Of a stretch of 51,917 bases of DNA, positions 44,357 through 51,917 are shown piece after piece (the first letter of the stretch is position 1; the number at the start of each line of letters is the position of its first letter). Origin of the DNA: a virus (taxonomy: Duplodnaviria; Heunggongvirae; Uroviricota; Caudoviricetes); the IMG/VR virus record IMGVR_UViG_3300044950_000141, positions 65,670-117,586 of that record; one strand, given 5' to 3'. Below the pieces are notes generated by a model. That model saw only the letters and a list, made by a program, of their open reading frames with translations. It was not told where the DNA came from and did no database searches. Made by a program: the position numbers and the translations under genes.

Positions 44357-45000
44357 GGTTTGTCATTTCTATGTAAAACTAAAAGCTTATCATTGTCCCA
44401 ACCTGGAGAAAACTTTAACTCATGATTAGCCATAATAAATGTAGCAGATGAGAAGTATTCTTTAATGTGATCCATGGCTTCCATGTATCTGTTTTCATCT
44501 TCTCTAAGGAAGATATCTTCGATGATGATTATACCTCCTGGCTTAACACATTTGTATGCTATGTTTAAAAATCTAATCTGATCTTCAAACACGTGTGTAG
44601 AATCTTCTATGATTATGTCAAAGAAGTTATTTTTGTTGAACACATTGTTAAGAGACTGTTCACTGGTAACATCTACATGAGTGTATGTAGCATTGTTAAG
44701 ATTATCACGTATTCCTTTTTGCAACTTATCATCATGATATTCATAACCAAACAATGTTGCATTAGGGAAGTACTCTCTCCAACATAACATAGAATGATTA
44801 TCTAATATACCCACTTCACCTATTGTAATCTCTTTGTAACGAAGATTTGAAAACAATAAGTTATATATGGAAGTGTAAGCATGTCTATGTAAATGAGGAT
44901 GGTTATGATAAGGACACTTGTCTGTAGGATACTTAACAGCAAGTTTACACAAGTCTGTATTAGAATGTGTAGAGTCAATACTTAGTCTATTTATTTGCAT
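44347..45000 (-). CDS. Class I SAM-dependent methyltransferase (sugar O-methyltransferase-like)
   Basis: EVGI..S...WREYFPNA, FDIIIEDSTH and KPGGIIIIEDI. Confidence 0.8.
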   Translation of the reverse strand: MQINRLSIDSTHSNTDLCKLAVKYPTDKCPYHNHPHLHRHAYTSIYNLLFSNLRYKEITIGEVGILDNHSMLCWREYFPNATLFGYEYHDDKLQKGIRDNLNNATYTHVDVTSEQSLNNVFNKNNFFDIIIEDSTHVFEDQIRFLNIAYKCVKPGGIIIIEDIFLREDENRYMEAMDHIKEYFSSATFIMANHELKFSPGWDNDKLLVLHRNDKPCS

Positions 45001-45742
45001 TGATAAAATCTTTTAACAATTCTGAATAATCTTTATCCCAATGAGGATTTAGTTTAACTTCTCCTGTAGGAATCTTTCCTAAACGTCTTTCAGATTCAAT
45101 GTGAGCACTGTGTCTTTGTATAGCATTGAGTTTTTTAGGATGGTCTGTACCTTCTCCACTCATGTGGTATCCTCTTCCTCCCCACATGTAAAACCAGCTA
45201 GCTTCTTCTTTAGGTGGAGTAGCAAATAGTCTACCTCCATGTTTATGTAGTCTTTCAATGAAAGTCATATCATATCCAGCATTTTCAAGAGGATGTCCCC
45301 CTATTGCTTTCCAAGCTGCTTTTCTAAACACAAGACCAGAATTACCTATCCAACCAACTTGCTCAATACCTGTAATGTGACACAACACACCTATTTGCCA
45401 ATGAAGTATGTTAACTTCTTCTGTCATGTATTTAGCTACATTCTTTAAATGGTGTGGTAGAGCTACGTCATCATCGTCCCATTGACATATAATATCTCCT
45501 TGACACAGTTCTGTAGCAAAGTTTTCTTTCTCTCCTATGGTCTCAAAGGTCTTAACTAGGTTAACTATCTTAACTTGAGGATGCTCAAATATAAGAGTTT
45601 GTAAGGCATAGTCATTTACTATGATAAGTTCGCACTTATCTGCAGGGTAGTCCTGCTTGAGGAAAGACTCAATGCTCTCCTCAAGCGTACTAACCCTTCC
45701 ATAAGTTATACACTTACATGATATAAATGGATGTGAGTTCAT
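44987..45742 (-). CDS. Glycosyltransferase family 2
   Basis: ITYGR..LEESIESFLKQDY..ELIIVND and QWDDDD. Confidence 0.85.
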   Translation of the reverse strand: MNSHPFISCKCITYGRVSTLEESIESFLKQDYPADKCELIIVNDYALQTLIFEHPQVKIVNLVKTFETIGEKENFATELCQGDIICQWDDDDVALPHHLKNVAKYMTEEVNILHWQIGVLCHITGIEQVGWIGNSGLVFRKAAWKAIGGHPLENAGYDMTFIERLHKHGGRLFATPPKEEASWFYMWGGRGYHMSGEGTDHPKKLNAIQRHSAHIESERRLGKIPTGEVKLNPHWDKDYSELLKDFINANK

Positions 45743-45743
45743 A

Positions 45744-46025
45744 TTACCAGATCATTATTACATCAAATGGAGATACTAATAGAACTTGCTCAGTTTCTGA
45801 TAAGTCTACTAATGGAGCTTTTGCTAAAACACCTGGATCTACCAACACTACATCTCCTGCTTTTATAGTTGATATAGTATCACCCACTGTGTGTACAGTT
45901 AACTTAGAGAACGTCTTAAGCATTTCTCTTTGTAATGATTCTTTTGTGTTCTCATCTACAACAATCTTGTTTTCTTCATTTTGCTTTGGCATCTCTAAAT
46001 AGATGCGATTTCCTAATAGTTTCAT
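45744..46025 (-). CDS. GroES-like co-chaperonin
   Basis: MKLLGNRIYL, V..VG....IKAGDVVLV and D(V)IM. 93 aa. Confidence 0.65.
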   Translation of the reverse strand: MKLLGNRIYLEMPKQNEENKIVVDENTKESLQREMLKTFSKLTVHTVGDTISTIKAGDVVLVDPGVLAKAPLVDLSETEQVLLVSPFDVIMIW

Positions 46026-46026
46026 G

Positions 46027-46290
46027 TTATTTATTTGCTAGGTTATGGAATCTTTCAATGTCGTTACCACTTAATGTGATTTCTGTTTGGAAAGTGTTAC
46101 GTTCCCTTTTGGAACCAACCACTTTACCATTTTTAACATCAGGTACTTGTTCAGAACGCTCATGTATGTCATCTAATACAAGGATTACTTTGTTTTCATC
46201 TATTTGCATAGACCTAACTACCTTGTTAATGTTAAAACTGTCTGTGTAGATCTTTCCATCTACTTCTCTTGTGTAAAAGAATAAATTCAT
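46027..46290 (-). CDS. Hypothetical protein
   Basis: 87 aa ORF in a tightly packed operon. Confidence 0.7.
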   Translation of the reverse strand: MNLFFYTREVDGKIYTDSFNINKVVRSMQIDENKVILVLDDIHERSEQVPDVKNGKVVGSKRERNTFQTEITLSGNDIERFHNLANK

Positions 46291-46291
46291 G

Positions 46292-46552
46292 TTAATTTTG
46301 ATTTGGGTTATTTAATATTGCCATTCTTTGGACTAAAACACCTTCATACATTTGCATAGATGCTAATTGCTCTTCTAGTAAACGTGAATGTCTGTAGTTT
46401 AATGCTTTAAATTCAGAATTCATTGTTATGAAGATTTTTAACTTTTCAATCTTCTCTGATAATTGAAGTCTTTCAATGTGAAGTTTAGATTGTAAAGGTA
46501 AATCTACTTCTTGTTTTTCTTCTGGAACATTATCCCATTCTGATGCAATCAT
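46292..46552 (-). CDS. Coiled-coil hypothetical protein (crAss001_48-like)
   Basis: ERLQLSEKIEKLKIFI..LLEEQL..M..Y..VL..R pattern. Confidence 0.6.
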   Translation of the reverse strand: MIASEWDNVPEEKQEVDLPLQSKLHIERLQLSEKIEKLKIFITMNSEFKALNYRHSRLLEEQLASMQMYEGVLVQRMAILNNPNQN

Positions 46553-47004
46553 TTGGTTATATTTATTTGGTTATAAAAAGAATTTGTTAAATGTTGCACT
46601 TCATATGCAAACGCTTCCTCTGTATCTGAATTAAGTCCCATACCTACCCAGTACATTATGTTCAAAGTTGTATGAAATATCTCATGTGCTATGACACCTT
46701 GATCTTCTGTGTTAGCCATCCATATGATAGGAGACTTACCATCTATTGTAGAAAATGATACAGCTCTAGCATCAAAGTCTGCAGATGTCACTGTACTATC
46801 TAAGTTCTCACGTACATATTTAGTGGCAAATGCTATGTCTTCTGTAATAAGAACTTTGACATCAAGATCAAACGTGTCTCCTTTTAATATAAAGAGTTGA
46901 TACTTAGTAGTTAGTTCAGATGGTGCAATCTCTGTAAGTTTAAATACAGTAAATATTACCACTCCTGCTAATGTTAGACCAATTGCCCAATTAACTAATT
47001 TCAT
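46549..47004 (-). CDS. Membrane-anchored putative zincin metallopeptidase
   Basis: N-terminal TM segment, IAHEIFH and downstream EEAFAY. Confidence 0.65.
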   Translation of the reverse strand: MKLVNWAIGLTLAGVVIFTVFKLTEIAPSELTTKYQLFILKGDTFDLDVKVLITEDIAFATKYVRENLDSTVTSADFDARAVSFSTIDGKSPIIWMANTEDQGVIAHEIFHTTLNIMYWVGMGLNSDTEEAFAYEVQHLTNSFYNQINITK

Positions 47005-47419
47005 ATTTCTTTTTTAATAGTTCACGTCTTTTGTTTACTTCTTCATATCTTGTTGGGTCCATCTCTACCTGGTCATGTTCTTCCCATGTCAAAAGTATAA
47101 TATTTTCTTCATCTAAACTAGCTTCAGGATATTTTTCTTTTGGTAAAATGTGATGGAAATAAACTGAAAGGGGCTCCCCAACTAAAGGGAGTCCACTAAC
47201 TTCAGATAAATGTAGTCTCTTCTTCCATATTTGTAAGAAAAACTCTCTCATTTCTTTAATTCTATCAGCCATCATTTCATCATATATCTCTTTAGCAACC
47301 CCAGATAGTTTTACCTTTCTCATGGGTTTACCATTTGACATAAGTTGTTTTCTAGGCTTGTGCTTAAAACAGTATTCTCCCTCACAGTTTTTACCACATG
47401 TCTTACATTGTGCTTTCAT
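46991..47419 (-). CDS. HNH-type nuclease (NinG/recombination-endonuclease-like)
   Basis: N-terminal CxxC..CxxH, then FHHILPK..NIILLT..EH. Confidence 0.6.
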   Translation of the reverse strand: MKAQCKTCGKNCEGEYCFKHKPRKQLMSNGKPMRKVKLSGVAKEIYDEMMADRIKEMREFFLQIWKKRLHLSEVSGLPLVGEPLSVYFHHILPKEKYPEASLDEENIILLTWEEHDQVEMDPTRYEEVNKRRELLKKKYEIS

Positions 47420-47597
47420 TACATTGTTGATGCTGTAGTTAATGTATATGAGTTAGATGTAGGAGCACTGCTAGCTGTAAATGTATTTATTACATTATTT
47501 GTACTATAAGTGCCTCCACATACGTATTGTCCAACATTAGTTCCATTCTTGAGGTATCTATCGCTAGATCCCCTGTTGGTGTAATAAGATGGAACAT

Positions 47598-47798
47598 TTA
47601 AAAATTTCTTACCAAGATTTGAACGTTATCTGAGTTCTCAGCAAACTCTTCAGGAATTTCTCTAGTAATTTTAAACACAAGGTCTTTCTCTGATTTTGCT
47701 AAGGCAAACTTAGGTTCAATGATAATTTGTGAATCTACATAATTGTCATCTGTGTCATGCTTGTGAAAAAGCACTGTGTACTGGAATAAACTTTTCAT
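47598..47798 (-). CDS. Hypothetical protein
   Basis: 66 aa ORF in the operon. Confidence 0.6.
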   Translation of the reverse strand: MKSLFQYTVLFHKHDTDDNYVDSQIIIEPKFALAKSEKDLVFKITREIPEEFAENSDNVQILVRNF

Positions 47799-47816
47799 TT
47801 TTGTTTATTTTAATTG

Positions 47817-48269
47817 TTATTTAATACCTGTTGATCCAAAGCCTCCCTCACCTCTTTCAGAGTTCTCTAGCTCAGGCACCACTTCAAAAGCTATAGGTAT
47901 TACAGGTTCAAAAAATATTTGACCCACTCTATCACCTACATTATAAGGAAATGATGTAAAACCATTATGAGATCCTAAAGGAACAGGGATTTGTGTAAAG
48001 ATTGCCATCCACTCTCCTCTATAATCAGCATCAATTATACCAAAGGAGTTATTCATCATCCAGAAATGTTTAGTTAAGTTACTGCGTGGAACTAGGATGC
48101 CTTTATATCCCTTAGGGATTTCAGTTTTAAATCCAAGTCCTACAGCCACCTTACCTTCTTCTTTACTTGTGATGCTATGTGCGTATACATCATAGCAAGC
48201 AGCATCAGAGGATGCCTTAAATGGCATGTTTGCATCCTCTGTTGTCTTTTGTAGTTTAATTTTCAACAT
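47817..48269 (-). CDS. dut: Trimeric dUTPase
   Basis: All five motifs: ACYDV, PRSNL, GIIDADYRGE, RVGQ and RGEGGFGSTG. Confidence 0.95.
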   Translation of the reverse strand: MLKIKLQKTTEDANMPFKASSDAACYDVYAHSITSKEEGKVAVGLGFKTEIPKGYKGILVPRSNLTKHFWMMNNSFGIIDADYRGEWMAIFTQIPVPLGSHNGFTSFPYNVGDRVGQIFFEPVIPIAFEVVPELENSERGEGGFGSTGIK

Positions 48270-49293
48270 CTGCTAATTCAATTTTAGGTTCTTCAACTTG
48301 TTTAATTTTGTTTACAATACTATTTCTAATATCATTATAAAACTCTTCATTATCTAATAACATGCGTTTGAATTCTTCAAGGTTGTATTTAACATCATTG
48401 AACGTCATTGTCTGGCCATACTTTCTACCAAGTTCAAACTCATTAAGAAGGTCCATGATTTCTTTCACTTTATCAATACCTACACCATACACAATCTCAA
48501 ATGTAGTCATTCTAAATGGAGGACTCATTCTATTCTTAGCACACTTCACTTTAGTAATATTACCATAAGTTACATCACCATCTTTAGCAGCTGACTTACT
48601 GACTTCTATACGAGCATCAGATGCAAACTTTAATGCATGTCCACCTTGTGTTGTAGTTGGATTACCAAACATCACACCAATCTTCTCACGATATTGAGAG
48701 ATGACAATAACACATGTATTGTGTATGGATATTGCAGATTTTAGTTTTGAATACACACTGCTATTCAATCTAGCTTTCAAACCAATTGATGAATCACCCA
48801 CTTCACCATCTAATACCTTCTTAGGAATTAATGATGAGTCTGAGTCAATGATTACAAGATCCACTTCATTAGTCTTAATCATTTCTAATGCAATATTAAA
48901 TCCTTCTTCACCACAACTTGGTTGAGAGATTAACATGTCTGCAGTGTTTACACCAATTGCTTCAAAGTAATTTTTATCTACAGCATGTTCGCCATCAATG
49001 TAAACCACTTTACCTCCTGCCTTCTGACATTCAGCAACAGCATGACCACATATAGTAGACTTACCTGAACCTTCCCATCCCATCAATTCATATAATTTTC
49101 CTTTAACAAATCCACCAGTACCTAATGTAATCCAATCAAATCCAATTGAACCTGTACTAATAATGTCATAGTGACCATCTGTTTTGGAATCTAGTGCAAG
49201 AACTGTTCCTACACCATATGCTTTGTTTAATTTATCCAAAGCGTCTTGGAGTTTAGAGACACCACTGTCTGTTTGTTTTACTGCTTTCGCCAT
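48256..49293 (-). CDS. recA: RecA-family recombinase
   Basis: GWEGSGKS, IDGEHA, IIDSDS and GGHALKFASD. Start reassigned to MAKAVK (49293), downstream of a promoter and terminator. Confidence 0.92.
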   Translation of the reverse strand: MAKAVKQTDSGVSKLQDALDKLNKAYGVGTVLALDSKTDGHYDIISTGSIGFDWITLGTGGFVKGKLYELMGWEGSGKSTICGHAVAECQKAGGKVVYIDGEHAVDKNYFEAIGVNTADMLISQPSCGEEGFNIALEMIKTNEVDLVIIDSDSSLIPKKVLDGEVGDSSIGLKARLNSSVYSKLKSAISIHNTCVIVISQYREKIGVMFGNPTTTQGGHALKFASDARIEVSKSAAKDGDVTYGNITKVKCAKNRMSPPFRMTTFEIVYGVGIDKVKEIMDLLNEFELGRKYGQTMTFNDVKYNLEEFKRMLLDNEEFYNDIRNSIVNKIKQVEEPKIELADVEN

Positions 49294-49311
49294 AATTGTT
49301 AATTTTGTATA

Positions 49312-49319
49312 CAAATTTA
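49312..49319 (-). promoter_or_regulatory. Candidate -7 element for the recA operon
   Basis: Minus-strand TAAATTTG 18 nt before the recA ATG. The -33 element is weak. Confidence 0.55.
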
Positions 49320-49353
49320 CTATTTTTCTCTGATATTTCCATACTTTTTCGTT

Positions 49354-49390
49354 AAAAAATAAAGCCCCCAAGATAGAAATCCCAGGGGCT
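49354..49390 (-). terminator. Intrinsic terminator after the RNR operon
   Basis: Minus-strand 12-bp stem AGCCCCUGGGAU/AUCUUGGGGGCU (with GU pairs) followed by UUAUUUUUU. Confidence 0.85.
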
Positions 49391-49455
49391 GACACAATTA
49401 ACGAAAAACAGAGATGCAAACATACGCATATAAATGCATACACACGCAAAATATT

Positions 49456-49635
49456 TTATCCTTTATTATCATCTGCTATCATTTGGTTACCCTTGATAAC
49501 AGGTTTTTCATATGGACAGTGTCTGCAGTTATTACCACAGCACTCTCCTTTCTCTCTGAGATAGCTTTCTGTAAAGATTACAAAACCATCTTCCAGATAG
49601 TAATCAATGTCTTTTATAAAATCTTTCTTTTCCAT
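49456..49635 (-). CDS. DUF5522-like Cys-rich small protein
   Basis: DYYLEDG..IFT..YL..KG.CCGNNCRHCPY. Start reassigned to 49635. Confidence 0.75.
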   Translation of the reverse strand: MEKKDFIKDIDYYLEDGFVIFTESYLREKGECCGNNCRHCPYEKPVIKGNQMIADDNKG

Positions 49636-49636
49636 A

Positions 49637-51634
49637 TTATTGTATTTCACAAGCACCACCAGCACAAGCTGCCACTTGACTAAATTCAACATTGTCATCT
49701 ATTTCCATCACCTTGTTTAAGTCTATGGCTTTCAATGTGTTAATGCGTACATTGTATTCATCTTCTGTAATGTCTTCAAAAGGAGCTTGCTTATATGTAT
49801 GATCAAATGCTGGTAATACAGAAAGACCATTATAGAATTCTCTATTCTCCCACATCCATTGACCTACAGCATCCCACTCATCATAGTTATAATTAGCCAA
49901 ATCATGTTTCATTACATCTGACGCACTATGTCCTTCTGATAAATAACCATTTTCATCACCAATGTCATACCTTTCTTTTACTGTTTCTAGAGAAAGAAAT
50001 TGATCCATTTTATAAGTTCTATTTTTATCAATTGATATTGTAGCACTTACGTTATGTGTATTAGGACCATTTACATGGCCTGCTCTCACCCATTCTGTAG
50101 AGAATCTCTTAACACGCTCTAATGTATCAATTGCTGTCTCTGTTCTCAAGATAGATCCTTCTGGAGCCTTAACAGGAATTCTTACACATATTGTATCTTT
50201 AGGACGTAACACATCATCTTCAACTAGTTCAGGATGGTTAATCTCTAAGTATAAAGCTAAGTCTTCTGTCTTGTTAAATCTCATTGTTCTTAAGTAGTGT
50301 GGAGCATGCCAAGCATGAATACCACTTGCTGTACCTAAAACTAATGATGTAGTTCCTGAAGGTTTGATACATGTAATACGAGCTGCTTCGTTGGTGCCAA
50401 TAATCTCAGTGATTAATTGGTTTGTCTTCTTAGCAATAGCTGCTGCCACTTCTAGATTGTATTTCAATACTTCACCAGAAGCAATACCAGTCATTCCTAT
50501 GCCTAATAGAGCGTCTCTGAAGGTTGTCATCTTCCATACGTCACGTAGATAATGAAAGTCTGTAAAACCTGCCTGCAATGTACCAAAGAATGCAGCTGCT
50601 GTCACTCTATCATTAAGATCTTCTTGACATGTGATGTCAGATACATTCACTTCACATAGGTTACAGAACTGATAGGGTCTCAAAGCAATCTCACAACAAG
50701 GATTAGTTCCCCAATCTCTATCATTAGTCCAATAGATACCTGGTTCACCAGAACCAGAAGCTTCAATTCTTTTCCATAGAGCGTTAAACTCTTCTTCACC
50801 TACTGATTCTCTCTCTAACACTGCAGAGTTATTAGCTCTACCTCTTTGTTCATTTAGTTCCCACCAGTTACCATACTTACATGTAATCATCTCTTCATCG
50901 TCATGGCTGAATAGAGCAATCATTGCTGATCTTCTAATACCACCAGCTAACACAGAGTTTGCAATGTAACATAAGATGTCATGAGACTCTAATGGTGTAA
51001 GCTTTGATCCATGTTCTTTACGCTCCATAATAGCATCAATGTGTGCTAAACAGATCTTTAATGGTTCTGGACCAGGTGCTTTACCTCCTGCAGTCACTAA
51101 TCTAGCTCCTTTGTGTCTAATAGCTCTAAAGTCAAACTTAGGCTTAAGACCTCCCTCAAAGTAAAACTTCATCAAGACCTTCACAGCATCAGCCCAGCCC
51201 ATAATACTGTCTTCAATAAGCCAGTTTCTGTGCTTGTAACGCTCATGCTTAATAATTGTAGGTAGTTGGTCTACGTGGTGCTTTTGTACAGAATAACCTA
51301 CACCTGTACCTCCTAATAATAGAAACATAGTCTCACTGAAGCTATGAACACTATCAATTGGTAGGAAACAACAGTTGTAGATACGTGAGTTGTTCACTTC
51401 AGCTGCAGGTCCTGCAAACTGTAGAGCTCTCATAGAAGGAAGGACTTTCTTCTTTCTGATAAATGTAGCACTGTCTTTGATTTCTTGTTCTAGATTAGGA
51501 TACTTCTTAACCATCATGTTCTCATATCTGTCTACTATCTCGTCCCAGGTCTCTCTTCTTTTTAGTTCAGGGATGTACTTTGCGTACTTACTAAAAATGG
51601 TAATTTTGCTCAAGGCTTCTAATCCTAAATCCAT
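49637..51634 (-). CDS. nrdJ: Class II (adenosylcobalamin-dependent) ribonucleotide reductase
   Basis: YNC, TNPCCEI, KPSGTTSLV and C-terminal ACAGGAC. No beta-subunit gene is adjacent. Confidence 0.88.
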   Translation of the reverse strand: MDLGLEALSKITIFSKYAKYIPELKRRETWDEIVDRYENMMVKKYPNLEQEIKDSATFIRKKKVLPSMRALQFAGPAAEVNNSRIYNCCFLPIDSVHSFSETMFLLLGGTGVGYSVQKHHVDQLPTIIKHERYKHRNWLIEDSIMGWADAVKVLMKFYFEGGLKPKFDFRAIRHKGARLVTAGGKAPGPEPLKICLAHIDAIMERKEHGSKLTPLESHDILCYIANSVLAGGIRRSAMIALFSHDDEEMITCKYGNWWELNEQRGRANNSAVLERESVGEEEFNALWKRIEASGSGEPGIYWTNDRDWGTNPCCEIALRPYQFCNLCEVNVSDITCQEDLNDRVTAAAFFGTLQAGFTDFHYLRDVWKMTTFRDALLGIGMTGIASGEVLKYNLEVAAAIAKKTNQLITEIIGTNEAARITCIKPSGTTSLVLGTASGIHAWHAPHYLRTMRFNKTEDLALYLEINHPELVEDDVLRPKDTICVRIPVKAPEGSILRTETAIDTLERVKRFSTEWVRAGHVNGPNTHNVSATISIDKNRTYKMDQFLSLETVKERYDIGDENGYLSEGHSASDVMKHDLANYNYDEWDAVGQWMWENREFYNGLSVLPAFDHTYKQAPFEDITEDEYNVRINTLKAIDLNKVMEIDDNVEFSQVAACAGGACEIQ

Positions 51635-51654
51635 GTTAATTTGTGTTTTATTAG

Positions 51655-51691
51655 TTAAAAAATGAAGGGCTGCAAATCTACTGCAACCCTT
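51655..51691 (-). terminator. Terminator-like hairpin upstream of nrdJ
   Basis: Minus-strand AAGGGUUGCA-GUAGAUU-UGCAGCCCUU followed by CAUUUUUU. Confidence 0.65.
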
Positions 51692-51703
51692 CTAATAAAC
51701 CAA
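51673..51703 (-). promoter_or_regulatory. Promoter for nrdJ
   Basis: Minus-strand TTG (51703-01) N20 TAGATTTG (51680-73). Confidence 0.65.
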
Positions 51704-51718
51704 GAGAATTTGAAAATT

Positions 51719-51916
51719 CTAACTAACTAAATTTCTTATTTTCATTCCTAATTCTGCATTGTTTGGATGGTCTCTAACTAATTTAGTTAGTTCCTTGTCT
51801 AAGCTCATTAATTTCTGTAAATAGAGCGTAGCATCCATCAATTCTTCCTGTAGATGCTTAAGATAATTATCCTTATTGTTAGTCTCTAGAGTGGTGCCAT
51901 ACTTGGTAATCCCTAT
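51719..51916 (-). CDS. MazG-like / dNTP diphosphohydrolase-like protein, 5' end outside the window
   Basis: Hand translation IGITKYGTTLE..YLKHLQEELMDATLYLQK.. has the acidic EExxD helix of all-alpha NTP pyrophosphatases. Confidence 0.55.
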   Translation of the reverse strand: MGITKYGTTLETNNKDNYLKHLQEELMDATLYLQKLMSLDKELTKLVRDHPNNAELGMKIRNLVS

Positions 51917-51917
51917 T

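Noticed and set aside
49294-49449. 52-aa N-terminal extension of RecA in the ORF track
   Set aside because: It spans a terminator and a promoter box. MAKAVK at 49293 matches RecA length.
1-51917. Stop-codon reassignment (known in some crAss-like phages)
   Set aside because: Genes are long and tightly packed in the standard code, and TAG and TGA act as real stops (e.g. TAG at 17178, ATGA overlaps).
1-51917. DGR template repeat, reverse transcriptase, integrase or tRNA genes
   Set aside because: Looked for by eye and not found in this window. They may lie elsewhere in the genome.

Overview
This AT-rich window comes from a tailed phage genome related to crAss-like (Crassvirales-type) phages. 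The host is inferred to be Bacteroidota, from recurrent TTG-N18-20-TAnnTTTG promoters and A-rich, SD-less start contexts. The + strand runs left to right: a >4,000 aa virion RNA polymerase/ejection polyprotein (DFDID motif, two HExxH motifs), a 1,653 aa cargo protein with a PD-(D/E)XK nuclease, a 2,631 aa repeat fibre, a GT9/sulfotransferase/APS kinase/HxGH nucleotidyltransferase/DUF2061 cluster, a lysis cassette (holin-like, GH19 endolysin, spanin-like), a poly-Thr protein cluster around a candidate protein O-glycosyltransferase, a ferritin-like gene and an array of small Lys/Arg-rich proteins. A five-gene minus-strand glycosyl/methyltransferase block sits inside this region. After a bidirectional terminator (~43.8 kb), a minus-strand arm encodes GT2-MTase-GT2, GroES, HNH, dUTPase, RecA and a class II RNR. 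The most interesting inference is a phage-encoded system that decorates its own Ser/Thr-rich virion proteins with glycans, possibly sulfated and methylated. It includes a TibC/Aah-like heptosyltransferase and an HPAT/SERGT1-like transferase flanked by mucin-like substrates. One substrate ends in a DUF1566 lectin with a clear DGR variable-region signature, but no TR or RT is seen in the window. All family assignments come from motif recognition by eye; no database searches were run.
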